Assembly (NCBI GenBank): GCA_903887275.1
Contig: CAISPD010000179.1
Span: forward strand, 16,912 to 80,911
DNA length: 64,000 nt
Origin: an uncultured Mucilaginibacter sp.
GTDB lineage: Bacteria > Bacteroidota > Bacteroidia > Sphingobacteriales > Sphingobacteriaceae
Direction: 5' to 3'
Shown: positions 1 to 9,328 of the stretch, one piece after another
How positions within the stretch are numbered: position 1 is the stretch's first letter
How the letters are laid out: every line of letters starts with the position of its first letter
Position numbers and translations under genes: made by a program
Notes under the pieces: model-generated
The model's input: only the letters and a program-made list of their open reading frames with translations
Database searches by the model: none
Told to the model about the DNA's origin: nothing

Positions 1-51
1 AAATAAATTAAAATATTCTACTATACCTATAGTAATTATAGAAATAACCTC

Positions 52-59
52 TATATTTG
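52..59 (+). promoter_or_regulatory. Bacteroidota -7 promoter element (TATATTTG)
   Basis: Exact TAnnTTTG match; no ORF follows before the terminator at 152-186. Confidence 0.6.
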
Positions 60-63
60 TATC

Positions 64-187
64 ATACAATTCGCCATTAGGGGCTTCGATGGTTCGACAC
101 CATGTTTTGTATCCTTTCTCTTCTCATAATTTAGGTTTTATAATTGGTTGCAAGAGCTCCTGCCCATCAGGAGCTCTTCTTTTTTTG
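64..187 (+). ncRNA. Candidate small RNA
   Basis: -7 element upstream; 5' stems ATACAA 64-69/TTGTAT 107-112 and ATGGT 89-93/ACCAT 99-103; U-rich open region 113-149; intrinsic terminator. Confidence 0.55.
152..186 (+). terminator. Intrinsic terminator
   Basis: AAGAGCTCCTG/CAGGAGCTCTT 11-bp stem followed by T-run. Confidence 0.85.
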
Positions 188-270
188 CCCTGATCTGGCT
201 TGCCGGTATTATTGAAAAGAAAATGATCAAGCCGATACCTGACGGTAATCAACAGGCGCAAAAGCAATTG

Positions 271-304
271 AAAAAAAAAGCGACCCCGGATCAGGAGTCG
301 CTTT
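271..304 (-). terminator. Intrinsic terminator of vWA gene
   Basis: Minus strand AAAGCGACTCCTGATCCGGGGTCGC followed by a T-run, ~45 nt after the stop. Confidence 0.85.
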
Positions 305-347
305 GAGATTCAGGTTATTATACAAACTTATTGATAATGTTCAGGTA

Positions 348-2378
348 TTAATAATTTGAAGTATATAGCCTATTCCCGGCAAGTGAGCGTGCAATTTCAG
401 CAAGTCGTACAAACTCTGAACGGTATCCATCTTCATCTTTTCCCCGGGCGTTTCGCGCAATGGTGATAACCTGTTCGTAATTGGCTGATTGTTTAAACGG
501 AGAATTTCGAAGCAGCATCCCGAATTCGGCCACTGCCGAGGCAAATCGGAAATCGCTTGAGCAACTGTTAAAGGAAGCGGGCATATCCTGAACAACGGCA
601 GTTGTCATTTTGCTATAACCCGAATCGGGTTCCTTATACCTGAATTTGATCGTCATTAACTCATTGGCATACGGTGAGGCCGGTTTATTTTTTGGATGCT
701 GGTATTTTAGCGGATCATCGTTATTGCTGTATTCATCATTATAACCCTGAGGTACGATTTCGTAAAGTGCCGTAACGGTATGTCCCGAACCCATATCTCC
801 TGCATCTTTCATGTCATTATTAAAATCCTCATTGTTCAACATCCGGTCTTCATAACCCAGCAATCTGTAGGACTGAACCCTTACCGGATTAAACTCCACC
901 TGCAGTTTAACGTCTTTGGCAACCAGGTACAAGGTACTGGCAAAACCGTCTATCAATGCTCTTTTTGCTTCGCTCAGGTTATCGATATAGGCATAATTAC
1001 CGTTGCCTTTATCTGCCAGTATCTCCATTTTACTATCCTTCAAATTACCCATACCAACGCCCAGGATCGTAATAGGGACGTTACTGTATCTTTCGTGGAT
1101 GATCAGGTTTTCCATATCCCCATCGCTTGATCGGCCAATATTAAAATCCCCATCCGTAGCCATAATTATGCGATTGTTGCCGCCGCTAATATAATTTTCA
1201 CGTGCAATGGCATAAGCCATTTTGATACCTTCGGCACCGGCAGTTGAACCACCCGCCTGTAAATGATCTATAGCACCAAAGATTAGATCGCGCATATCAC
1301 AAGGTGTCGATTCCAGTTGCACACCTGCCTGGCCCGAATAAGTAACTATTGCCACCCGGTCCTGGGGACGCAGCCGGGAAACCAGCATTTTCATTGCAGT
1401 TTTTACCAGTGGTAATTTTTTGGGCGCGGCCATCGAGCCAGAAACGTCAAGCAGAAATACCAGATTTGAAGCGGGTAGCTGACTGTTATCGATATCGCGG
1501 GCTTTAAGGCCAACACGTACCAGCCGGTGATTTGGATTCCAGGGTGCCGATGATACTTCGGTAGTTATGGCTACGGGTTGATTTTGATTTGGCGCTGCCA
1601 GATCGTATTTAAAATAGTTGATCATTTCTTCTACCCTTACCGCATTGGCCGGAGGTAATTTGCCGCTATTAATAAAGCGGCGAACATTACTATAGGATGC
1701 CGGGTCAACATCTATCCCAAATGTGGATAATGGCACTTCTTTGGGGTTGTTAAAGCTATTCTCAAAAATGGGCTGATAGCTCTCCATCGAATTACCGCCG
1801 CTATAAGGTTTTACTAAAAAGGGCCTTTTTTTTATCAGGTCGTACCTGTTACCGCTGTTTTTTTGGGCGCTAAGGTTTGGCACATGTGAATTGATGACCG
1901 GGGCCTGATTTTGATAATCATTCAGCGATTGCCCGGTTCCTGGCTTTTTTAAGTTGTAGGGCGGACTGGCAAGCTCCATCAGCTGATTGTTATTACCGGT
2001 ATCGCCAGCTGGTTTAGTTTTCTCATCGTGGGGTTTATTGATTTTAAACCGACCAGAATTTGCCTGCGTTAAGGTATTATCGTCAGGATCCAGAAAAATG
2101 TTTAGCGTGTCTGTTTTTCCAATGCTGATGCTTTTGCTTTTAAAGCCATTAAAACTAAAAACAAGTTTACTGTCTCTATCGGATATATCAATGGTGTAGA
2201 TGCCCCGCTTATCGGCAAATACTCCTTCCGTATTGCTTCCATTAATTTTTACCTGAGCCCCCGGAATGGGTAATTTATCATCGCTTCCAAATACAGCTCC
2301 TGTTATATGGCGGATATCGTTGCACTTGAATGCAGTAAAGGCTGCGACTACCAAAGTGATGAATAATAACTTTTTCAT
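348..2378 (-). CDS. YfbK-like vWA-domain protein (signal peptide, carboxypeptidase-regulatory-like domain, VWA, DUF3520-like C-terminus)
   Basis: LLDVSGSM MIDAS motif, TDGDFN, LSTFGIDVDPASY; start moved to MKKLLF (ATG 2378) within track ORF 348..2423. Confidence 0.85.
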   Translation of the reverse strand: MKKLLFITLVVAAFTAFKCNDIRHITGAVFGSDDKLPIPGAQVKINGSNTEGVFADKRGIYTIDISDRDSKLVFSFNGFKSKSISIGKTDTLNIFLDPDDNTLTQANSGRFKINKPHDEKTKPAGDTGNNNQLMELASPPYNLKKPGTGQSLNDYQNQAPVINSHVPNLSAQKNSGNRYDLIKKRPFLVKPYSGGNSMESYQPIFENSFNNPKEVPLSTFGIDVDPASYSNVRRFINSGKLPPANAVRVEEMINYFKYDLAAPNQNQPVAITTEVSSAPWNPNHRLVRVGLKARDIDNSQLPASNLVFLLDVSGSMAAPKKLPLVKTAMKMLVSRLRPQDRVAIVTYSGQAGVQLESTPCDMRDLIFGAIDHLQAGGSTAGAEGIKMAYAIARENYISGGNNRIIMATDGDFNIGRSSDGDMENLIIHERYSNVPITILGVGMGNLKDSKMEILADKGNGNYAYIDNLSEAKRALIDGFASTLYLVAKDVKLQVEFNPVRVQSYRLLGYEDRMLNNEDFNNDMKDAGDMGSGHTVTALYEIVPQGYNDEYSNNDDPLKYQHPKNKPASPYANELMTIKFRYKEPDSGYSKMTTAVVQDMPASFNSCSSDFRFASAVAEFGMLLRNSPFKQSANYEQVITIARNARGKDEDGYRSEFVRLAEIARSLAGNRLYTSNY

Positions 2379-2456
2379 TTTATTGTTTTTTATAGCAGGA
2401 TGCAGTTTGGTTTCGATTTCCATAAGCGGATGAAAAATTTTAATTTGTAACCCGCA

Positions 2457-3029
2457 ATGAAGTTTTTCAAAAGGTCGGGAAAACCGGAAAATAGGAGCGA
2501 CGAGGAGCTTTTGAACAGCTACCGCAACAGCGGTGATCTGGCTTTGCTGGGCCTGCTTTTTGAAAGATATATGCCGATGTTATATGGTGTATGCCTTAAA
2601 TACCTGAAGGATGAAGAAGCCGCGAAAGACGCAGTAATGGGTATATTTGAAGAGCTGATAAGCAAAGTAAAACAACATGAGGTAAAGCAGTTCAGAAGCT
2701 GGGTATACGTTTTGGGACGCAATTTTTGTCTGATGCAAATAAGGGCCGGCAAAAATAGGGAAGAACTTAGTTTAGACGAAGTTATGGAATCGCTGCCCTT
2801 TTTGCATCCTGAAGAAAACAACCAAAAAGAAGAGGCTTTAAGTACCCTGGAAAAATGTATGCAGAAGCTAAATGAAGCACAGCGCCAAAGTGTACAACTA
2901 TTTTACCTGGAAGAAAAGTGCTATAAGGAAGTGGTAGAACTTACCGGCTACAGCATGAATGATGTCAAAAGTTATTTGCAGAATGGTAGGCGAAACCTGA
3001 AAATTTGTTTGGAGAAAAATCGTGCGTAA
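2457..3029 (+). CDS. ECF sigma-70 factor
   Basis: 190 aa; region 2 (AAKDAVMGIF...FRSWVY..GRNFCL) and region 4 HTH (CYKEVVELTGYSMNDVKSYLQNGRRNLK). Confidence 0.9.
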   Translation: MKFFKRSGKPENRSDEELLNSYRNSGDLALLGLLFERYMPMLYGVCLKYLKDEEAAKDAVMGIFEELISKVKQHEVKQFRSWVYVLGRNFCLMQIRAGKNREELSLDEVMESLPFLHPEENNQKEEALSTLEKCMQKLNEAQRQSVQLFYLEEKCYKEVVELTGYSMNDVKSYLQNGRRNLKICLEKNRA

Positions 3030-4350
3030 AGACCACCAACATATAGCCCGGATAAAAAAATACAACAGCGGCCAGCTGGACGTGCGCGCCATGCATCAAC
3101 TTGAGAGGGAAGCACTGGATGATCCATTCCTTGCAGATGCGCTTGAAGGATATCAATCGGCAGTTCCCGGGCAGGAGGCAAACCTTGCAGAGCTGCAGCA
3201 GCGCCTGCAATTGAGGGTTGAACCCAAAGTGCGACAAATGATCGCCTGGCGACAGTTGGCTATAGCAGCATCGATCCTGATCTTTTTTGGTATTTGTACA
3301 TGGTATTTCCTTCCCACCAAAAAAGGGAATACCCTACAGCTGGTTGAAAATATAAAGCCTGCAGCACAGGATAAGCAATCCATAACGCAAACGCCGGCTG
3401 CATCAACTGATGCTACTGATGCAAAGCCTTCGGCCAGTCAGTCAATGCCCAATAACACGGCATTTGCTCCAGCCCTGAAAGCTGAAAAAGGTTTAGCAGG
3501 AGACAAAAATATATCAACTGCTTATTCAAATCCGGTGCAGGCAGATACAGCAGTTTTAGGAGCTAAATCTGCAAGCCCTTTAAATACCGACGAACAATTA
3601 AAAAGCCCATCTTTTGCTGGCGTCGCTAATGCAAAATCAATTGATAAACAACAATCCACTGCATCATTGAACGAAGTGGAGGTAGCTCAGGCTGATGCCA
3701 GCGCCCGGAAAAAGGCTGTACCACAGGTTGCTGCACAATCAAATAAAGCATCCCGTCAGGAAACGCTAATACAAAGCAAAGTTGATGGTGTTGTTGTAAC
3801 ACCTGCAAATAAAACGCTCAGCGGCACCGTTACCGGCTTGAATGGCATGCCCCTGCCCGGTGCAGTTGTAAAACTGGCGGGCAGTAATTTTGGCGTAATA
3901 ACTGATGAGAAGGGTAGGTTTGTGATGCACGACGTGCCCGAAAAGGATAATATTACGGTTGGATACATTGGGTATAGTCAGAAACAGATCAGGGTAAATG
4001 GCGAAGATTCGGTCAATGTATCCCTGTCGCCTGCTTCGCATGCTAACGACTTGCGCAATACTGGTTCTATGGACTCCCATAGTACTACGGATGCACATCC
4101 CAGCGCTGGCTGGAAAGCACTTGAAAATTACCTTGCAAAAAACGCCAGCTCAGCTGATGGCCAAACCGGAAAGGTTAATCTTTCATTCTCAGTTGATGCT
4201 CAGGGGAATCTCAGTAATTTTAAAATTCTCAAAAGCCTGAGCAATGCAGCAGATCAAAAAGCCATAGACCTGCTGGTTCATGGACCTGGTTGGATAGGTA
4301 ATGCCGATAGCAAGGTGCATGAAGTTAAGCTAACGGTAGAGTTCAGATAG
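3022..4350 (+). CDS. Putative anti-sigma factor (N-terminal helical domain, single TM, carboxypeptidase-regulatory-like domain, TonB C-terminal-like domain)
   Basis: GTG start overlaps sigma stop; LEREALDDPFLADALEG; TM LAIAASILIFFGICTWYF; LSGTVTG..PLPGAVV; C-terminal GKVNLSFSVDAQG. Confidence 0.7.
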   Translation: MRKDHQHIARIKKYNSGQLDVRAMHQLEREALDDPFLADALEGYQSAVPGQEANLAELQQRLQLRVEPKVRQMIAWRQLAIAASILIFFGICTWYFLPTKKGNTLQLVENIKPAAQDKQSITQTPAASTDATDAKPSASQSMPNNTAFAPALKAEKGLAGDKNISTAYSNPVQADTAVLGAKSASPLNTDEQLKSPSFAGVANAKSIDKQQSTASLNEVEVAQADASARKKAVPQVAAQSNKASRQETLIQSKVDGVVVTPANKTLSGTVTGLNGMPLPGAVVKLAGSNFGVITDEKGRFVMHDVPEKDNITVGYIGYSQKQIRVNGEDSVNVSLSPASHANDLRNTGSMDSHSTTDAHPSAGWKALENYLAKNASSADGQTGKVNLSFSVDAQGNLSNFKILKSLSNAADQKAIDLLVHGPGWIGNADSKVHEVKLTVEFR

Positions 4351-4415
4351 CGGAATCTGGTATTGTCTTAACCTGGCAACAGTTGTTAAAACCTTAAAAT
4401 GGTACAGCGATCTTA

Positions 4416-5423
4416 TTAAACCAGGCGCAATAGCGCGAAAACGCCAGCAGCTATTAATGCTGAAACCGGGATGGTTATTATCCATGCCCAGATCAGGTTA
4501 ACAGTAACACCCCAGCGTACTGCCGATAAGCGCTTGGTTAGCCCGACACCGATAATAGATCCAGTAATGGTATGTGTAGTAGATACCGGAATGCCAAAGT
4601 ATTGCGTAAAAAATAAGGTGATCGCACCGGCAGTTTCGGCACTAACACCTTCCAGCGGTGTTATTTTGGTAATTCGCGAGCCCATGGTTTTAACAATTTT
4701 CCAACCACCAGATAAAGTACCAAGGGCAATAGCTGAATAGCAGGCCAACGGTATCCAGTTAGGCATCATGGCACCAGAGCCAATCACTTTTGCAGCAATA
4801 AGAGCAACGTAAATAATACCCATTACTTTTTGAGCATCATTGCCACCGTGTGCGTAGCTAAGCAGGGCCGATGATACTAATTGCATGCGTTTAAACCATT
4901 TCTCGGCGGTTGCAGGTCGCGAGTTTTTACTGAGGTGAAGCACTATTATAGTAACGATATAAGCTACTATGAGCCCTATAAGCGGGGCCAATACGATATA
5001 GGCGATGGTGGTAAGCACTAGTTTTAAATTGATAGCCGTTATACCATTAGCGCCCATATAGATAGCGTTGGTGATACCTGCACCAGCAAAGCCACCAATA
5101 AGGGTATGTGACGAACTGGAAGGAATACCAAACCACCAGGTGATCAGATTCCAGGTAATTGCTGCTATTAATCCGGCTAATAGTACATGCAGGGTTACAA
5201 AATGCTCGTTAACGATTTTTGATACGGTTTTGGCTACATTATGCTCTTTAACAAAAAAGAAAACAATAAAGTTGAAGGTTGCAGCCCAAAGAACCGCCTG
5301 AAAAGGTGTAAGTACCTTAGTTGAAACAATGGTTGCTATAGAGTTTGCCGCATCATGAAAACCATTGGTATAATCAAACAATAGTGCCAGGCAAATTACG
5401 AGTACGAGGGTGCTTGTTACCAT
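4416..5423 (-). CDS. pit: PiT-family inorganic phosphate transporter
   Basis: Both PiT signatures GFHDAANS and GGNDAQK; PVSTTH. Confidence 0.93.
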   Translation of the reverse strand: MVTSTLVLVICLALLFDYTNGFHDAANSIATIVSTKVLTPFQAVLWAATFNFIVFFFVKEHNVAKTVSKIVNEHFVTLHVLLAGLIAAITWNLITWWFGIPSSSSHTLIGGFAGAGITNAIYMGANGITAINLKLVLTTIAYIVLAPLIGLIVAYIVTIIVLHLSKNSRPATAEKWFKRMQLVSSALLSYAHGGNDAQKVMGIIYVALIAAKVIGSGAMMPNWIPLACYSAIALGTLSGGWKIVKTMGSRITKITPLEGVSAETAGAITLFFTQYFGIPVSTTHTITGSIIGVGLTKRLSAVRWGVTVNLIWAWIITIPVSALIAAGVFALLRLV

Positions 5424-5432
5424 GAAATCAGA

Positions 5433-6083
5433 TCAGGCGTTTTTAACTAAAATTGACTCCATTACATTTGCTGCATCTTCGCAACGGTCGGTTGCAGTTT
5501 CAAGCGCGGCATAGATTTCTTTGTATTTGATCAGCCTGATGGCGTCCGTCTCATACAAAAACAAGTCGGCTACGGCACGATCAAAAACATAGTCGGCCTG
5601 GTTTTCTACGCTGTTGATGCGAATACATGAATCAGCGATAGCACGTACGTTTCTGATATCCTTTAGCTCGCGGATGGCTTTTTCCAGGTCGAGGCTGGCC
5701 TGTAATATCAATTCTGATAATTTGCGAATATGCTCGTTTAGGTCGTCGATGCGGTAAAGCAGCATGCGGTTGGCTGCGCCCTGAATATTATCTGCAACAT
5801 CATCAATAGCTGTTGCCAGTGCGTGAATATCTTCGCGGTCAAACGGAGTGATAAAATTTTTCCCAAGTTCAAGGTATATCTGATGGGTAATTTCGTCGCC
5901 TTTATTCTCCAGTTTGTCAATGTGTTTATAAAGCTCTTCACGCGTTCCGGCGTTAGTTGAATTAACGGCATCAACCAAGCTTGTGGCCATCACAACTACA
6001 TTGTTTGATGCTTGTTCAAACAAAGGAAAAAATATTTTTTTGTCCTTAGGTACAAAATACTGGAAGATGCTATTCAGTGACAT
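5433..6083 (-). CDS. DUF47 (PhoU-like) phosphate transport regulator
   Basis: LENKGDEITH, TPFDREDI, LETATDRCEDAANV; directly upstream of pit. Confidence 0.9.
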   Translation of the reverse strand: MSLNSIFQYFVPKDKKIFFPLFEQASNNVVVMATSLVDAVNSTNAGTREELYKHIDKLENKGDEITHQIYLELGKNFITPFDREDIHALATAIDDVADNIQGAANRMLLYRIDDLNEHIRKLSELILQASLDLEKAIRELKDIRNVRAIADSCIRINSVENQADYVFDRAVADLFLYETDAIRLIKYKEIYAALETATDRCEDAANVMESILVKNA

Positions 6084-6130
6084 AATTGAAAAATGGAAGG
6101 TCGGTTAATATTCCGTTTGTTAAATTTTTG

Positions 6131-6166
6131 CAAAGTTAATGTTTCCAATGTTAAGTTAATGTTAAC
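6131..6166 (-). promoter_or_regulatory. DUF47-pit promoter with tandem TTAACAT (11-bp period) box
   Basis: Minus strand GTTAACATTAACTTAACATTG (6166-6146), 7 nt gap, then -7 element TAACTTTG (6138-6131). Confidence 0.65.
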
Positions 6167-7226
6167 TCTTTAACACCGGAATAGGCGGGAATGGTATTCC
6201 TTGTTTAGCTTTTTGCAGCGTAAATCCGAAGGTTGAGCCCAGTCCCTCGGTGCTGCGTACATTAATAGTTTGCTGATGTGCTTCAATAATATGTTTAACG
6301 ATGGCAAGCCCAAGTCCGGAGCCGCCGATCTGTCTTGAACGGCTGGTGTCAGTTCTGAAAAAGCGTTCAAAAAGGCGGGGAAGGTATTTTTCTTCAATTC
6401 CGATACCATCATCCGTCACCTCTACTAAAACCTGATCATGCAGTTCAAACAAACTTACCGACGTATTGCCTTCTTCTTTTCCGTATTTGAACGAATTGTC
6501 GATCAGATTGACCAATACCTGCCGGATTTTTTCCCTGTCGGCATTTACCAGGATAGGTTCATCATATTTTTGTTTGAAAACCAATTTGATATGGTGGTCC
6601 GCTGCCTTCATTTCCAGCGATTCAAACACCTCTTTGATCAGGTCATTGATCTTAAATTTGGTATAGTTAACAGGGATCTCGCCGGTTTCCAGCTTCGATA
6701 TTTCATCCAGGTCTTTAATCAGGTAACTTAGCCTGTCAACGTTTTTAGATGCTTTATCCAAAAACTGCCTTGCCATATCGGTATCTTCAAAATCATCATC
6801 TACTATCGCATCGATATAGCCCTGAATAGCGAAGAGTGGCGTTTTAAATTCGTGGGAAATATTAGAAAGAAAATCCCGCCTGAATTTTTCCTGTTTGCGC
6901 AGATCGTCAATTTCTGTCTTTTTTTGTCTGGCCCATTCAGTTACTTCCTGCTGCACGTCATTAATTGGGTCGGCACTAACTTGCTCACCCAGGGCATCGC
7001 GCAGGTCGCGGCCCAGTTTAAGGTTATGGATCAACTTATAAATTATTTTGATCTTGGAGTAGATATACTTTTCGAGCAGCACATAAAAAGTAACAAAACT
7101 AATAGCGAGCGTTATAAAAAAGGTAACGCCAACATCATACCAGCTATGCTTAAAATAAAAATTTACTGCTGAAACCGTAATCGCTACGGCTGCCGCGTTT
7201 ATAAATACCAGGACCCGTAATTTCAT
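6162..7226 (-). CDS. PhoR-like sensor histidine kinase (no adjacent response regulator)
   Basis: Two N-terminal TMs, H-box SHEFKTP, N/G1/G2 boxes (NLIDN, DDGIGI, GSGLGL); ATG 7226 chosen within track ORF 6162..7253. Confidence 0.88.
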   Translation of the reverse strand: MKLRVLVFINAAAVAITVSAVNFYFKHSWYDVGVTFFITLAISFVTFYVLLEKYIYSKIKIIYKLIHNLKLGRDLRDALGEQVSADPINDVQQEVTEWARQKKTEIDDLRKQEKFRRDFLSNISHEFKTPLFAIQGYIDAIVDDDFEDTDMARQFLDKASKNVDRLSYLIKDLDEISKLETGEIPVNYTKFKINDLIKEVFESLEMKAADHHIKLVFKQKYDEPILVNADREKIRQVLVNLIDNSFKYGKEEGNTSVSLFELHDQVLVEVTDDGIGIEEKYLPRLFERFFRTDTSRSRQIGGSGLGLAIVKHIIEAHQQTINVRSTEGLGSTFGFTLQKAKQGIPFPPIPVLKS

Positions 7227-7326
7227 AACCGTAAAGTTACGATTTGCAGGCAATTACAGCTCAAACAAAGCCTTTGCTAATATTAAATTATGGTTAATTA
7301 TTTACAGGGCCGAACAGGCCTGACCC

Positions 7327-7864
7327 TCACCGGGTGGTTGTAAGGTCTATTGCAATGGTAACAGTGTTTGACATCACCAGGCTATGGCCCCCCAACCCCG
7401 TAATCGGTTCGTTCAATTTGAAATTCACCTTTAAACTCGCTGATCGAGCCGGTTTCAGTATAAGTAAAAGGTATAGTAACGGTATTGGTTTTGTCTTTGA
7501 TCGTCAGGCTGAAAGTGCCGGAGTACTTATTGCCACCAAGATGTTTGATCGCAATAGATTTTATGGAGATCGATGGATATTTGCTAACGTCAAAATAGCT
7601 ATCACTTTTCAGATGGTCGTTACGTGTACCATTATCGGTATCTATCGTATTGGTTTCAACCGATGCTGTTATTGTACTGCCTGCAAGATTAGTTGGATCG
7701 AATTTAATGTCGCCTTTAAATCCGGCAAGCGTACCATCAACGGTGATGCCCAGATTTTTTATATGAAACACTACAGATGATTTGGTTACCGCCTGAGATT
7801 TAACCTGCGCAAAGCAAAAAGCATTGAATAATACAAGAAGTAATACCGGCAATAACTTTTTCAT
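7327..7864 (-). pseudogene. yceI: YceI-family protein, frameshifted near the C-terminus (G6 tract 7388-7393)
   Basis: Track ORF ends DYGVGGP*; removing one G gives DYGVGGHSLVMSNTVTIAIDLTTTR* ending 7327, which looks like the expected final beta strand. Confidence 0.75.
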
Positions 7865-7973
7865 CAGCTAAATATAATTAAGCAATTTGGTAATATGACG
7901 AAAATGCGCCCGGATTATTACAAAATGCCCGGAAATTAAATTGTATTATAATTGAAAATAAAAAGCTTAAAAG

Positions 7974-9284
7974 TCAGAACTCCACGTGCGCCCGCAAACC
8001 AAATACATTTACTGGTCCACGGTCTGCATTATAAGCCGGATGAAGGATAAACTGGTAATCGGGAGAAAGCCAGATTTTTTTCTGGAAGGCGTTGATCTTG
8101 TAATAGAGCTCGGCTATAAGTTCCGTCGAGTAATTAAGCTGACCGTCGCCAATAATAAAACCATAGCCGCCTGCCGCCAGATAAGCTCTGTGATCTGCTG
8201 AAAGTCCGTTGGCTATAAATGCAAGTCCCAATTCGTCGTCCGCCCGTTTCCAGGAGTTGCCTTTAAGCACAGCGCCGAACGAAAAAGAACGGTCAATCTC
8301 GGTAAAAAACCAGGTTTCCGTATGTCCATCGTTATAACTTGCTTTTGCGAAAACACCGAAGTCTCTGCTGAGGTATTGCTCAGCATTTATTCCAAATCCA
8401 TATTTATGCCTGCCGTAGTGCTGCGTGCTGTCAATATCAGGTGCCGAAGGATTTTGCGCCAATGCCAATTTGTAATTACCAAACTTGCCATTGTTCAGAA
8501 AGGTAAGTATCCTGAAAGCGCCTTTATTGCCGCCTATAATATATCGCTTTTCAAACTCGAGTGTTTGGGTATTGGCATCGGCTATTTTGGCATCCCAAAC
8601 AGATTGATTGGCCTGGGTTGTAACGAGGGTTAGTGCAAAACGTAATGTCCAGTCGGGCTGTCCAAGTTCGGCGGTTGCGCCAAGAACGTAACCACGGGTA
8701 TTGGCAGGGTAGTCCCAGGCCCCATTGTCCATTAATGCCCAATTCATGAATTGGCTTCGCGGATCGTGACTCAGGCTATTGTTGTCGAAAAAGTCGGCCA
8801 TGCCAAACTTGCCGATCACGAGCGAGAAGTACCGTTTGCTTTTTAGCCCGGCGAGTTGATTGATATCATCCTCGATCGTGTCTTTTTCGGTACCCCATTC
8901 AAAGGTTTGTTTAAAGTAAAGACGTGCAATGTAGATCTTGTTCTGTACTCCGCCTACCCTGAAAGTTTCACCATTCGGAAATCCGGCTACACCCAGCGTT
9001 TGACTTAAACCTGCGCCGCCCGAGATCTCCGGATTAAAATAGGCTTCGGCACCTTTCCATAGTCGTGTGCCGCCAAAAAGTGTAGAAGTGATAGACGATT
9101 GTGTTTCATCTTTTACAGATAAGCTGTTTTTACCCGAATACGGAGCAATTATTGCAGGCTTATATTGGGTTATTATGGTTTGCTGAAAATGAAGGTTGCT
9201 GCGCTGGTGCTTTAAGGTATCCTGGGCAATTACGCAGTTCAATAAGGCAATCAGAAGTATAAATGTAAAAGTATATTTTTTCAT
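7974..9284 (-). CDS. OprB-like (carbohydrate porin family) outer-membrane beta-barrel
   Basis: Signal peptide; GAWDYPANTRGY; C-terminal NADRGPVNVFGLRAHVEF ending in Phe. Confidence 0.75.
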   Translation of the reverse strand: MKKYTFTFILLIALLNCVIAQDTLKHQRSNLHFQQTIITQYKPAIIAPYSGKNSLSVKDETQSSITSTLFGGTRLWKGAEAYFNPEISGGAGLSQTLGVAGFPNGETFRVGGVQNKIYIARLYFKQTFEWGTEKDTIEDDINQLAGLKSKRYFSLVIGKFGMADFFDNNSLSHDPRSQFMNWALMDNGAWDYPANTRGYVLGATAELGQPDWTLRFALTLVTTQANQSVWDAKIADANTQTLEFEKRYIIGGNKGAFRILTFLNNGKFGNYKLALAQNPSAPDIDSTQHYGRHKYGFGINAEQYLSRDFGVFAKASYNDGHTETWFFTEIDRSFSFGAVLKGNSWKRADDELGLAFIANGLSADHRAYLAAGGYGFIIGDGQLNYSTELIAELYYKINAFQKKIWLSPDYQFILHPAYNADRGPVNVFGLRAHVEF

Positions 9285-9293
9285 AAAACGATG

Positions 9294-9328
9294 TAAAAGT
9301 AGTCTGGCAACATTAAGTTGATGTTAAC
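9294..9328 (-). promoter_or_regulatory. Porin internal promoter with the same 21-bp box as DUF47-pit
   Basis: Minus GTTAACATCAACTTAATGTTG (9328-9308; 18/21 identical to the pit box), 6 nt gap, then TACTTTTA (-7-like). Confidence 0.5.

Noticed and set aside
78-104. GGGGCTTCGATGGTTCGACACC resembling a tmRNA 5' end or tRNA T-loop
   Set aside because: No cloverleaf or tag ORF; the unit terminates after ~120 nt
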